Shown: piece by piece, positions 25,483-33,303 of the stretch
Layout: each line of letters opens with the position of its first letter
How positions within the stretch are numbered: the stretch's first letter is position 1
Assembly (NCBI GenBank): GCA_024409055.1
Contig: JAKSUL010000005.1
Span: 6,636 to 70,635 of the forward strand
Direction of reading: 5' to 3'
Source of the DNA: Bacilli bacterium
GTDB lineage: Bacteria > Bacillota_I > Bacilli_A > RFN20 > CAG-826
DNA: 64,000 nucleotides
Translations under genes and position numbers: made by a program
The notes under the pieces: generated by a model
Databases searched by the model: none
What the model was told of the DNA's origin: nothing
The model's input: the letters and a program-made list of their open reading frames with translations, nothing else

Positions 25483-27171
25483 TTAGAGAAGTCCTTTGAA
25501 GTAATTCCAGGCAGTAACCGGGGAGTTGCTGTGGAAGGCGTTGATCGGGAAGGCGTAAGTCGTGGTACCGACCTTTGCGCGATAGGCGTTCGGCTCAGTG
25601 AATGAGTCTGGGCTCGCGGCATAGGTCGCAGCATGGCTATACGGGAAGATGATGTCGGTGTTTTCCGATTGGACGTAATTGTGCAAAGAACGGCCAAACG
25701 GAGAAAGCTCATTGAGTTCTTCCGGCGTCATCGTGTACTTGAGAGCCTTCATTGTGTTGGTGGATTTGGTATAGGCGACAAGCTCGTTATCGGAGTTCAC
25801 GAATTGGATGAACTTTTTGGCGGCCTGAAGTTTTCCATTCTTTAATTTGCTAGAAGCGAAGCACAAGGTGGAAAGGTTATCGGAGATCGTGTTTTTGATA
25901 TGGGCGTCAACATAGGACTGATTCGGGCGAGGGAGGTTCATCCAGCCGAAGTTACGTTTATTGATGCCATATTCAGAGCCGAAGCGGGCTTCCATATCGG
26001 TGAAGCAGCTCTTGCCTTCGTTCATAGCCCAAACACCTTCCACTAACATGGCGATGTCTTTGGCTCCGCTGGCTTTGGATCCCCAAATGAAATCCTGCTG
26101 GGCAGCTGTGTGGGTGTATCCGTTGTTATAACCGGATCCATTGGTCCAGTCGGAAGAATTTTTGACGATGGTCGAGAAGAAATCGAGGGCGTAGTATTTG
26201 CCGACTTGCCTCTGGACGTTGGCACGTCCGGCGACGCTATCTTCGATAACGACGCTCTCCAAAGAGGAAACTGGGACAACGCCGTCATCCGGTTCAGTAG
26301 CTGAGGTCTTGACCAAGTCGTCATCGGTTCCGTTGAGAGCATAGTTAAGCATCATCTTCTCGGATCCTTCGGCTTGTGTAACGAGGGCGTTAATGAAGGC
26401 GTTGGTGTAGTTGTAGTTACGATATCCGTTCCAAACAAGCGGGATAGCCTGTTTCTGAACGATCTGGCGGCAAAGCATGAAGAACTCTTGGTAGGTAGCC
26501 GGGAGTCCATCGTCTTCCGTATCGAAATATCCGTCAGGTCCAGTGCTCTTTTTCAAGACGGTTGGATCTGGATAGTTGCCGATGAAGTTCAAGCTTTCGT
26601 CAGCCGGATACGGCTCGCCGTTTCTATCGATGAAATAGAGTCCGTACTTGTCGAACAATTCAATGTTATAAATAAGGCCAGATCCGCCCATGTAGTGCGG
26701 CAAGGCGTAATAATGTTTGGAGCCACCTTCCGTAACACCGAGGAAATCTTCTTGGCTCTTGCTTAACTTGGAGGCGATTGTCTTGTTGTCGAACTCGCTG
26801 GTTTCGGTAACGATGTCCGAAATATCGGCGATGGCGTTGACGGAACGGAGCTCATCGTAGAAAGAGTGCTCGTGGAAGTAGACATCAAAATCTCCAAGGG
26901 CAATTTCTTGAGAGGAATAGCTCGTTTTCAATGGGTTGATTTGAATTTCAACGCCAGTCTTTCCTTCCTCAAAGGAGGTTTCGGCAAACTTGGCTTCGAA
27001 ACGTTCCTTGACGCCGTTAAGCCAATCGCTTCCGAATCCACCGTTATAATTAAAGACGGAGATTTGGGTTTTGGTGGAATCTCCACCTCCACCGCATCCG
27101 GTTAAAGAAGTAGCCAAAACCGGCAAAGCGGCAAGGGATAAAATCAAATGCTTGTTCAAAGTCTTTTTCAT
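25483..27171 (-). CDS. Extracellular solute-binding lipoprotein of a sugar ABC importer (large ~560-aa class)
   Basis: Lipobox LTGCGGGG; AAGGAGG RBS. It is the first gene upstream of two permeases. Confidence 0.85.
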   Translation of the reverse strand: MKKTLNKHLILSLAALPVLATSLTGCGGGGDSTKTQISVFNYNGGFGSDWLNGVKERFEAKFAETSFEEGKTGVEIQINPLKTSYSSQEIALGDFDVYFHEHSFYDELRSVNAIADISDIVTETSEFDNKTIASKLSKSQEDFLGVTEGGSKHYYALPHYMGGSGLIYNIELFDKYGLYFIDRNGEPYPADESLNFIGNYPDPTVLKKSTGPDGYFDTEDDGLPATYQEFFMLCRQIVQKQAIPLVWNGYRNYNYTNAFINALVTQAEGSEKMMLNYALNGTDDDLVKTSATEPDDGVVPVSSLESVVIEDSVAGRANVQRQVGKYYALDFFSTIVKNSSDWTNGSGYNNGYTHTAAQQDFIWGSKASGAKDIAMLVEGVWAMNEGKSCFTDMEARFGSEYGINKRNFGWMNLPRPNQSYVDAHIKNTISDNLSTLCFASSKLKNGKLQAAKKFIQFVNSDNELVAYTKSTNTMKALKYTMTPEELNELSPFGRSLHNYVQSENTDIIFPYSHAATYAASPDSFTEPNAYRAKVGTTTYAFPINAFHSNSPVTAWNYFKGLL

Positions 27172-27215
27172 TGAAAGCCTCCTTTTTGAGAAGAATATGT
27201 ATTTGCTATGTGGAT

Positions 27216-27221
27216 ATTATA
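27216..27221 (-). promoter_or_regulatory. Candidate -10 box (TATAAT on the minus strand) for the SBP operon
   Basis: Minus strand reads aaaagtTATAATatcc, about 45 nt upstream of ATG 27171, which has its own AAGGAGG. No convincing -35. Confidence 0.35.
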
Positions 27222-27308
27222 ACTTTTAGTTAACTCCTTAAAAAAGGTGGGCAGTATTGCACTTTTTGACAAAAGAAAGGATTTTTTATCTATCCGAGAG
27301 TCAAAGAT

Positions 27309-27323
27309 TTGGAAGCGATTACA
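27309..27323. promoter_or_regulatory. cre / LacI-family-type operator candidate tTGGAAGCGATTACA
   Basis: Fits all 15 positions of WTGNAANCGNWNNCW. Lies between the GH127 terminator and the SBP operon promoter region. Confidence 0.5.
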
Positions 27324-27350
27324 AAAAAACGGCCTCGCGACCGTTTTTCG
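27323..27350 (-). terminator. Rho-independent terminator after the GH127-like gene
   Basis: AAAAACGG (27325-27332) pairs with CCGTTTTT (27341-27348). On the minus strand the stem is followed by T7. Confidence 0.75.
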
Positions 27351-27357
27351 TAATAAA

Positions 27358-29175
27358 TCACTTATTTTGCCAAACCGTAATCTTGGACGAAGGATCGTCG
27401 TAATCTTTGCCGGCTTGAGAATAATCCACGAGATGGATGATGTTATCACCGCATTTGAATTCGTAAGCCGAATTGGAGGCGAAGGCTTTGTTATCGAAAG
27501 GTTTCATCCTGACGGCCGAACCATCTCTAACTTTTTTGCCGAGAGGTTTCTCGATATCGTCGAGTCGACGATCTCTAGCCAGCACGATCGGTCCTTTTGT
27601 GAAAGCAATTTTGCCATTTAGGCAATGGGATTTGGCCGGCATCTTGAATTCGATGACGATTTTATCTTTGGACCACTCTTTATCGATGGTCATGTAGCCT
27701 TTATTCGCATCGACCTCGGTTTCGATATCGTTTATCGAAACTTTCACGGCGTCGGCCCATTCAGGAACCCTAAGAGAAAGCGGCCATTTGGAGCCATTCC
27801 CCTTAACTTTGATAAGAGCTTTGTTTTTCTTGTACAAATTGGCGGAAACCTTAATAGAAACTCTGCTTTCGCCAACTTCCGTTTTAACTTCCATGTCGTT
27901 ATAGAAGTTCAAAAGGAGACCACCGTCTTTCTTTAAAACTGAGAAAAGATTCGTAATAGCCATGCCACGTCCGCCGTTGCAAGCACAGCAGCCATAGGAT
28001 CTATCGTTTTCCATTTGTTTGAATCCACCGACATTGGACCCACGGGATCCCATATAAATTGGACTATATGAATCAAACGGATAGCTTTCGTGTGGGACGA
28101 CAAAACAATCATCGCCAACCCAAACATTGCCATGGCTATTTACCATGGTTTGGTTTTCGTTATTAACGGCTCCGAAGAGAGCATTATAAGCTGAACGTTC
28201 GATCAAATCGGCATAATGAGCATCGCCGGTTATGCGCAATAGCTTGAAATAAAAACCCATCAAAGTGACGGTAACGCAGGTCTCCTGCATATTGCGCTTC
28301 GGCTTTTCGGTTTGGGTTAAAGAAGAATTGTCGAACATTTCGCCAGCGCAGCCAGCGCATCCGATGATGGTAAAGTCGCTTTCTTCAATTTTCTTGCCAA
28401 ATCTTATGGCGGCATCAAGGTATTTTTGGTTGCCCTCTAATTCATAAAGATCGATCAAGCTTTCGATGCAGCTCGTCATCTCATAAGCCTTCACGACCGG
28501 AAACTGGAAAGGATAGGCGCTGGTAAAGCAGGCATTTACGAGGTCAAAGCCCTTGCAGAATCCTGTGTCGACGATGTAATGGGCAAAATCCAAATATTTT
28601 TCCTCGCCGCTTGCCTTATATAACATTGCGAACGCGCGGCAGATAGAAGCCGAATTCAAGCCGCCGTAGAACCTGGATGTCTCCAAAATGCTCTTTTTGT
28701 TTTTGCCGTTGCCAATGTGTTTGATGATGTAATCGGCGGAACGTTTTGCGGCTTTTAAGACAGCTTTCTTCAAAGATTTCTTATTGCAGATTTCGTAGTA
28801 CTCAAGCAAACCGATAATCGCGTATTTGCGGCACCACATATCCCATCCATTGAATTCTTTCTCTAACGGATAGGTGGAAAGACGGCCGTTTTTTTCTTGA
28901 ACGGAGATAAGATCAATGACCGTGTCGGTCAAATAAGCATAGAGTTCCTTATCCTTCGTGGCTTGGTAATTAAGGCACGCTCCACGCATGAGTTTTCCCC
29001 AATACTCTCCGCGCCAATCGCAATCGACATCGCTATGAACGCGAAATTGATTCACCAAAAGTTTCCAAAGTTCGGCATCTTTATATTGTTTGTTGACGAT
29101 AAAAGAAACCAACATGCCGGCATACCCGCCGAGTTTGATATCTCCAAAGCCAAGATTATTAACTGCGTAATTCAT
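27358..29175 (-). CDS. GH127/DUF1680-like glycoside hydrolase (beta-L-arabinofuranosidase family)
   Basis: QETCVT and SYGCCACNGGRG blocks resemble the Glu/Cys and Cys-Cys zinc/catalytic motifs of the GH127 HypBA1 type. Length is 605 aa. Confidence 0.7.
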   Translation of the reverse strand: MNYAVNNLGFGDIKLGGYAGMLVSFIVNKQYKDAELWKLLVNQFRVHSDVDCDWRGEYWGKLMRGACLNYQATKDKELYAYLTDTVIDLISVQEKNGRLSTYPLEKEFNGWDMWCRKYAIIGLLEYYEICNKKSLKKAVLKAAKRSADYIIKHIGNGKNKKSILETSRFYGGLNSASICRAFAMLYKASGEEKYLDFAHYIVDTGFCKGFDLVNACFTSAYPFQFPVVKAYEMTSCIESLIDLYELEGNQKYLDAAIRFGKKIEESDFTIIGCAGCAGEMFDNSSLTQTEKPKRNMQETCVTVTLMGFYFKLLRITGDAHYADLIERSAYNALFGAVNNENQTMVNSHGNVWVGDDCFVVPHESYPFDSYSPIYMGSRGSNVGGFKQMENDRSYGCCACNGGRGMAITNLFSVLKKDGGLLLNFYNDMEVKTEVGESRVSIKVSANLYKKNKALIKVKGNGSKWPLSLRVPEWADAVKVSINDIETEVDANKGYMTIDKEWSKDKIVIEFKMPAKSHCLNGKIAFTKGPIVLARDRRLDDIEKPLGKKVRDGSAVRMKPFDNKAFASNSAYEFKCGDNIIHLVDYSQAGKDYDDPSSKITVWQNK

Positions 29176-29310
29176 CGTTGATCGACTAATTTTAAGAATT
29201 GGCCAACGTCTTTAGCAATGGCATATGAGCCAAAAATGGTGCCATTTTTTTACTTTGTTCACCTTCCGACTGCTTCGCATTTGCTAATGAACAAAATGTT
29301 TTCTTTCGTT

Positions 29311-29322
29311 TACAATAGCGTC
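29311..29322 (+). promoter_or_regulatory. Leaderless-type promoter (-10 TACAAT 6 nt from ATG 29323)
   Basis: TACAAT at 29311-29316, spacer agcgtc, then ATG. TGAACA lies 17 nt upstream as a weak -35. No Shine-Dalgarno. Confidence 0.45.
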
Positions 29323-30165
29323 ATGAGATTCTTCTCTTCAAAAACATATAGCGAAAAGGAACCGTACGTTCACGTTATTTTCCAACACGCCAAAGTTGAG
29401 CAAAAACACACCCATGACTTCATCGAAATCGTCTACGTCAACTCCGGAAAGATGGTCCAAAACGTAAACGGAAAAGAGTTTTCGGTGAAAAAAGGCGATC
29501 TTTTGTTCATCAACTTTAACAGTATCCACAGCTTCCGCCCAATTGGAGAAGCCACTTTCTATAACATCTGCTTCTACCCCGAGACGTTGGAGAAGATCAT
29601 CACTCCTCAAAACGCCTTCTCGCTTCTTTCTTTATCCGCATTCAACGAAATCAGCGGCGACGCCAACGAAGGTGTCATCAGTTTCGATTCAAAAGAGCAA
29701 AAAGAAATCAGCGGCATCTTGGAAATCATGCTTCGTGAACAGAGTCAAAGGCTTCCACGTTTCGACGTCATCAACCAAGGTTATTTGAACATCATCATCA
29801 TGAAAATGCTTAGGAAGACTTCCATTCCGGCGGATCCTGAGCAAGATGTCTGGAATGAACTCGCCGAATACATCGAGTCAAACCTCGACGCCGATTTATC
29901 GTTAGAGGCGTTAGCCAAAAAATGCTTCTATAACCCGTCTTATTTCTCTCGCTTGTTTAAGAGCAAATTCAACGTGCCCCTCATCGAGTACGTCAGCAGA
30001 AAACGCATCGATAAAGCAGTTGAATTGTTAAGCGACACCGAGCTGTCGGTCGAAGCCGTAGCTGCTTCTAGCGGATTTTCGAACAAGAGCGCTTTCTATA
30101 GGGCTTTCTCAAAATACACGGGAAAGACGCCCGCCGACTTCCGCGACAAAAGCAAAAAGATTTAA
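29323..30165 (+). CDS. AraC family transcriptional regulator (cupin sensor plus HTH)
   Basis: N-terminal HTHDFIEIVYVNSG cupin-like block and a C-terminal AraC HTH (YFSRLFKSKFNVPLIEYV...SGFSNKSAFYRAFSKYTGKTPADFR). Start is uncertain: the ORF track begins at 29218, and 29323 gives a typical 280 aa. Confidence 0.8.
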   Translation: MRFFSSKTYSEKEPYVHVIFQHAKVEQKHTHDFIEIVYVNSGKMVQNVNGKEFSVKKGDLLFINFNSIHSFRPIGEATFYNICFYPETLEKIITPQNAFSLLSLSAFNEISGDANEGVISFDSKEQKEISGILEIMLREQSQRLPRFDVINQGYLNIIIMKMLRKTSIPADPEQDVWNELAEYIESNLDADLSLEALAKKCFYNPSYFSRLFKSKFNVPLIEYVSRKRIDKAVELLSDTELSVEAVAASSGFSNKSAFYRAFSKYTGKTPADFRDKSKKI

Positions 30166-30173
30166 TGTAAAAT

Positions 30174-30200
30174 AACTCGCCGTTCGGCGAGTTTTACTTT
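30174..30200 (+). terminator. Rho-independent terminator
   Basis: AACTCGCC, GTTC loop, GGCGAGTT, followed by TTACTTT. Confidence 0.7.
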
Positions 30201-30217
30201 CCAGGAAAGGATCGTCT

Positions 30218-31825
30218 ATGAAATTAACATTCATGCTAGATTGCTCTAGAAACGCTGTCTTCAGCAAAAAACAGGTTTTCAAAATAATCGATACCTTATC
30301 AGCAATGGGTTATAACGGCTTGATGCTTTACACCGAAGACACCTATGAAGTAAAAGATGAACCATATTTTGGACGTTTCCGTGGTCGCTATACCAAAGAA
30401 GAAATAAAAGAAATCGATAAATACGCCATCTCAAAAGGAATCGAACTGATTCCTTGCGTTCAGACTTTGGCTCACGTCAATGGTTTAGTCCGTTGGGAAC
30501 GCTTCGCCGAAATAATCGATATCGACGACATCTTTTTGGCCGATGATGAAAAAACCTACGACCTAATCGATAAGATGATGGCTTCTTTGGCGGAAGCGTT
30601 CACATCCAGGACCGTCCATATCGGCATGGATGAAGCCGCCCACCTCGGAAGAGGCAAATTTCTCAATAAATTCGGTTATGAAAAAGCCTCAGAAATCCTT
30701 TTAAAACACTTGAGACGTGTGAATGAAATCGCCGCCAAATACGGTTTCCGCTGCATGATGTGGTCCGATATGTTCTTCAACGTGGCCGCCAGCGTGGAAA
30801 ACGATCCGAACACGATTGACGAAAACTTGCTGCAAAGCATCGTGGACCGCACGCCGAAAGACGTCACTCAATGCTTTTGGACATACGCTCTTAGAGACGA
30901 GGCTTTATACGACGAGAAAAACTCCCTTCAAAAAAAGCTTTTCGAAAAGGTCAACTTTACAGGCGGATGCCATTCATGGTTTGGATACGCTCCGAAAAAC
31001 AAAATTTCTTTGGATATCGCTGAAAAGGCCATTAACTCCGTACTCAAAAACAAAATCGATAATGTAATCGTCACCTTCTGGGGCGACACTGGGGCGGAAT
31101 GTTCCTTCTACGCAGTTCTCCCGGTTCTTTATTACTACGCAAAACGCCTCAATGAAAACAAAACCATGGAGGAGATTAGGAAAAATTTCGCCTCTTTCGC
31201 CGGCATCGATTTTGAAGCGATGCTCTTGCTTGATTGCCCGAACGAAATCATCGAGAACCAATACTTCTATTCGAATCCATCGTTCTACATGCTTTACTGC
31301 GATTACTTCTCAGGCACTTTCGATTCAACTGTCGCAGGACACGAAAGCGCATTGTTCGAAGGTTACGCTAAGAAGCTCCACGAATACGTAAATCACGAAA
31401 AATACGGATACGTGTACGATCTTTTGGAAAAATTGTGCAAGGTTTTGTCCCACAAATACGAATTAGGTCACAAGACGCGCATTGCTTATCAGTCCAACGA
31501 CCTCAAAGGATTAAATGACTTAATAGAAAAAGATTACAAACCTTTGATCGCACTCTTCGAAGAACTCCAGGTTTCTTTCAACAGGCAATGGCTTATCGAG
31601 CACAAAACTTCCGGACTTGAAATACACGCCCAAAGGTTCGGCGCGATGATCAATAGAACAAAGCAATGTATAGACTTGTTGAATCTCCACATTGAAGAAG
31701 GGCTCGATATTGCCGAGTTAAACGAACCGGAAATCGATCCAAATAATCGTGAGGGAAATCCGAAAGAGCCAATACTCTGCAGCCAATATTCAAAAGCGTT
31801 TAGCGTAAACGTCTATAGCCACTAA
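30218..31825 (+). CDS. GH20 family beta-N-acetylhexosaminidase-like protein (cytoplasmic)
   Basis: MLDCSRNA and VHIGMDEAAHLG (H-x-G-x-D-E) blocks. GAAAGGA RBS. No signal peptide. Confidence 0.75.
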   Translation: MKLTFMLDCSRNAVFSKKQVFKIIDTLSAMGYNGLMLYTEDTYEVKDEPYFGRFRGRYTKEEIKEIDKYAISKGIELIPCVQTLAHVNGLVRWERFAEIIDIDDIFLADDEKTYDLIDKMMASLAEAFTSRTVHIGMDEAAHLGRGKFLNKFGYEKASEILLKHLRRVNEIAAKYGFRCMMWSDMFFNVAASVENDPNTIDENLLQSIVDRTPKDVTQCFWTYALRDEALYDEKNSLQKKLFEKVNFTGGCHSWFGYAPKNKISLDIAEKAINSVLKNKIDNVIVTFWGDTGAECSFYAVLPVLYYYAKRLNENKTMEEIRKNFASFAGIDFEAMLLLDCPNEIIENQYFYSNPSFYMLYCDYFSGTFDSTVAGHESALFEGYAKKLHEYVNHEKYGYVYDLLEKLCKVLSHKYELGHKTRIAYQSNDLKGLNDLIEKDYKPLIALFEELQVSFNRQWLIEHKTSGLEIHAQRFGAMINRTKQCIDLLNLHIEEGLDIAELNEPEIDPNNREGNPKEPILCSQYSKAFSVNVYSH

Positions 31826-31830
31826 TAGCA

Positions 31831-31858
31831 AAGCCCGCCAGAAGCGGGTTTTTGTTTG
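31831..31858 (+). terminator. Rho-independent terminator
   Basis: CCCGC, 5-nt loop, GCGGG with A/T extension, followed by TTTTTGTTT. Confidence 0.8.
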
Positions 31859-31927
31859 AATTTATATGCGGATTTTATGTCGTTATTTCCAAAAATCTCG
31901 TTTTTTAAGCGATTAAAACAAAAGAAA

Positions 31928-31941
31928 TATAATATGGTTAT
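31928..31941 (+). promoter_or_regulatory. Leaderless-type promoter (-10 TATAAT 8 nt from ATG 31942)
   Basis: TATAAT at 31928-31933, spacer atggttat, then the ATG of a signal peptide. No Shine-Dalgarno. Confidence 0.5.
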
Positions 31942-33093
31942 ATGAAAAAACAGCACAAAACCCTCCTTGTTTTAGCCGCTTTGGCTTTGGCTTCCTGCGG
32001 AGGCGGAACCACATCGGAGATTTCAAGCACTCAGAGCAATCCCGTTTCAACTCCGACCTCAGAACAGACAAAGACATCAATCGATTTTTCCAGCATCGTT
32101 TATGTCGACGACCTTCTTTGGTTCCCGACATTGGAATTAGAAGTCGGACAAAAAGAATTCATCGGTCAGTACCTCCTCGAGTTCGAGGGATCTGAGATTT
32201 TAATCGAAGACGAATCTTCCCTTTCGTTAGAGGGTGAATACATCGTTCCAAAGAAAGAAGGGACCACGTATCTTGTCTATCACGCTCAAGGCAAATACCA
32301 AAAGGTTCAAATTAACGTTGCCCCAAAAGGAACTTATAAACGTGCTTATACATTTGACGATGCGGATTTAGAAGGCAAAAACGTCTGCAATTTCGGGGAC
32401 TCCGTTTCGTGCGACTGGACGGTCGGAGACGAAGTCAGCATTTACGCAAGACGTTTCGCTGCCCACTACAAAATGAACATGGTTGCCAATTACGCTATCG
32501 GCGGAACCGTTTCTATCTATCCGTCTTTCAACGCAAACGTCACCAGCGAATACAAAGGAACCGAGTTCATGTATAACGATGGTTGCGACATGGTCTACAA
32601 CAAAGCCAAAAATGGAACCCTGGCAACTATGGATATGATGTTTATAACCTATGGTTACAACGATTGTTATTTCCAGCCAGACATTGATTGTGAACAAGAT
32701 CAAATCGTGTGCACCGACGGAACGTTTGCCAACTGTCACTCATACAAAGGCTATTACCGCTACATGATCGATACGGCGAGGAAGGCAAATCCCAATATCA
32801 AAATCGTAATAATGAACATCATCTATAACGAATATGACATCGATCATAACGGTTATAAGCACAATCCAAATTACAGCTTTGATAAAGGAATCAAATACGC
32901 CGATTACAGAAAGGCCATTTTCGAAATCGGATACGAAAAAGACGTCAAAGTCATTGATGAATGGAATTATATGAAAGGCCAATATGACTACTACGAAGGC
33001 AGGCCTGAAGGCGTATCTTGGTGCTATAAAGACAACGTCCATCCATCGGTTTTCGGTAACAAGAAAATAGCTAATTATTCATACAAGTTTTAA
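31942..33093 (+). CDS. Lipoprotein with a C-terminal SGNH/GDSL esterase domain
   Basis: Lipobox LASCGGG. SGNH blocks NFGDSVS, YGYND and DNVHPS. Paralogous to 61610..62320 (YRYMIDTARKANPNIKIVIMN versus FRYMVKELRKVNPNIEIVILN). Confidence 0.8.
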   Translation: MKKQHKTLLVLAALALASCGGGTTSEISSTQSNPVSTPTSEQTKTSIDFSSIVYVDDLLWFPTLELEVGQKEFIGQYLLEFEGSEILIEDESSLSLEGEYIVPKKEGTTYLVYHAQGKYQKVQINVAPKGTYKRAYTFDDADLEGKNVCNFGDSVSCDWTVGDEVSIYARRFAAHYKMNMVANYAIGGTVSIYPSFNANVTSEYKGTEFMYNDGCDMVYNKAKNGTLATMDMMFITYGYNDCYFQPDIDCEQDQIVCTDGTFANCHSYKGYYRYMIDTARKANPNIKIVIMNIIYNEYDIDHNGYKHNPNYSFDKGIKYADYRKAIFEIGYEKDVKVIDEWNYMKGQYDYYEGRPEGVSWCYKDNVHPSVFGNKKIANYSYKF

Positions 33094-33111
33094 ATATTTG
33101 AACAACCAAAA

Positions 33112-33142
33112 AGATCGGGGTTTTATCCCCGATTTTCTTTTG
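33112..33142 (+). terminator. Rho-independent terminator
   Basis: ATCGGGG, 6-nt loop, CCCCGAT, followed by TTTCTTTT. Confidence 0.85.
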
Positions 33143-33283
33143 CAAAACCTATAAAAGTGAAAAGTTTTGACGATTTTTTTATTCATAATAATCACGCCAA
33201 AACCACCCAAAAGTATAAATATATTCAGTTTTCATCTTTCCTTTTATCGAACTAATAGTGGCAATCTACATATTCTCAAATAC

Positions 33284-33300
33284 CGAAATATATAATTTCG
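33284..33300. repeat. Inverted repeat CGAAAT-ATATA-ATTTCG overlapping the -10 box
   Basis: Read directly. Arms at 33284-33289 and 33295-33300 embrace TATAAT (33291-33296). Confidence 0.55.
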
Positions 33301-33303
33301 CCA
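33291..33303 (+). promoter_or_regulatory. Leaderless-type promoter (-10 TATAAT 7 nt from ATG 33304)
   Basis: TATAAT at 33291-33296, spacer ttcgcca, then the ATG of signal peptide MEKCKRFALIGLGIG. No Shine-Dalgarno. Confidence 0.5.

Noticed and set aside
31904-31917. TTTTAAGCGATTAA as a fifth cre-type site.
   Set aside because: It has two symmetric deviations from the consensus (TT...AA instead of TG...CA). It is mentioned in the cre finding but is too weak to list as a feature.
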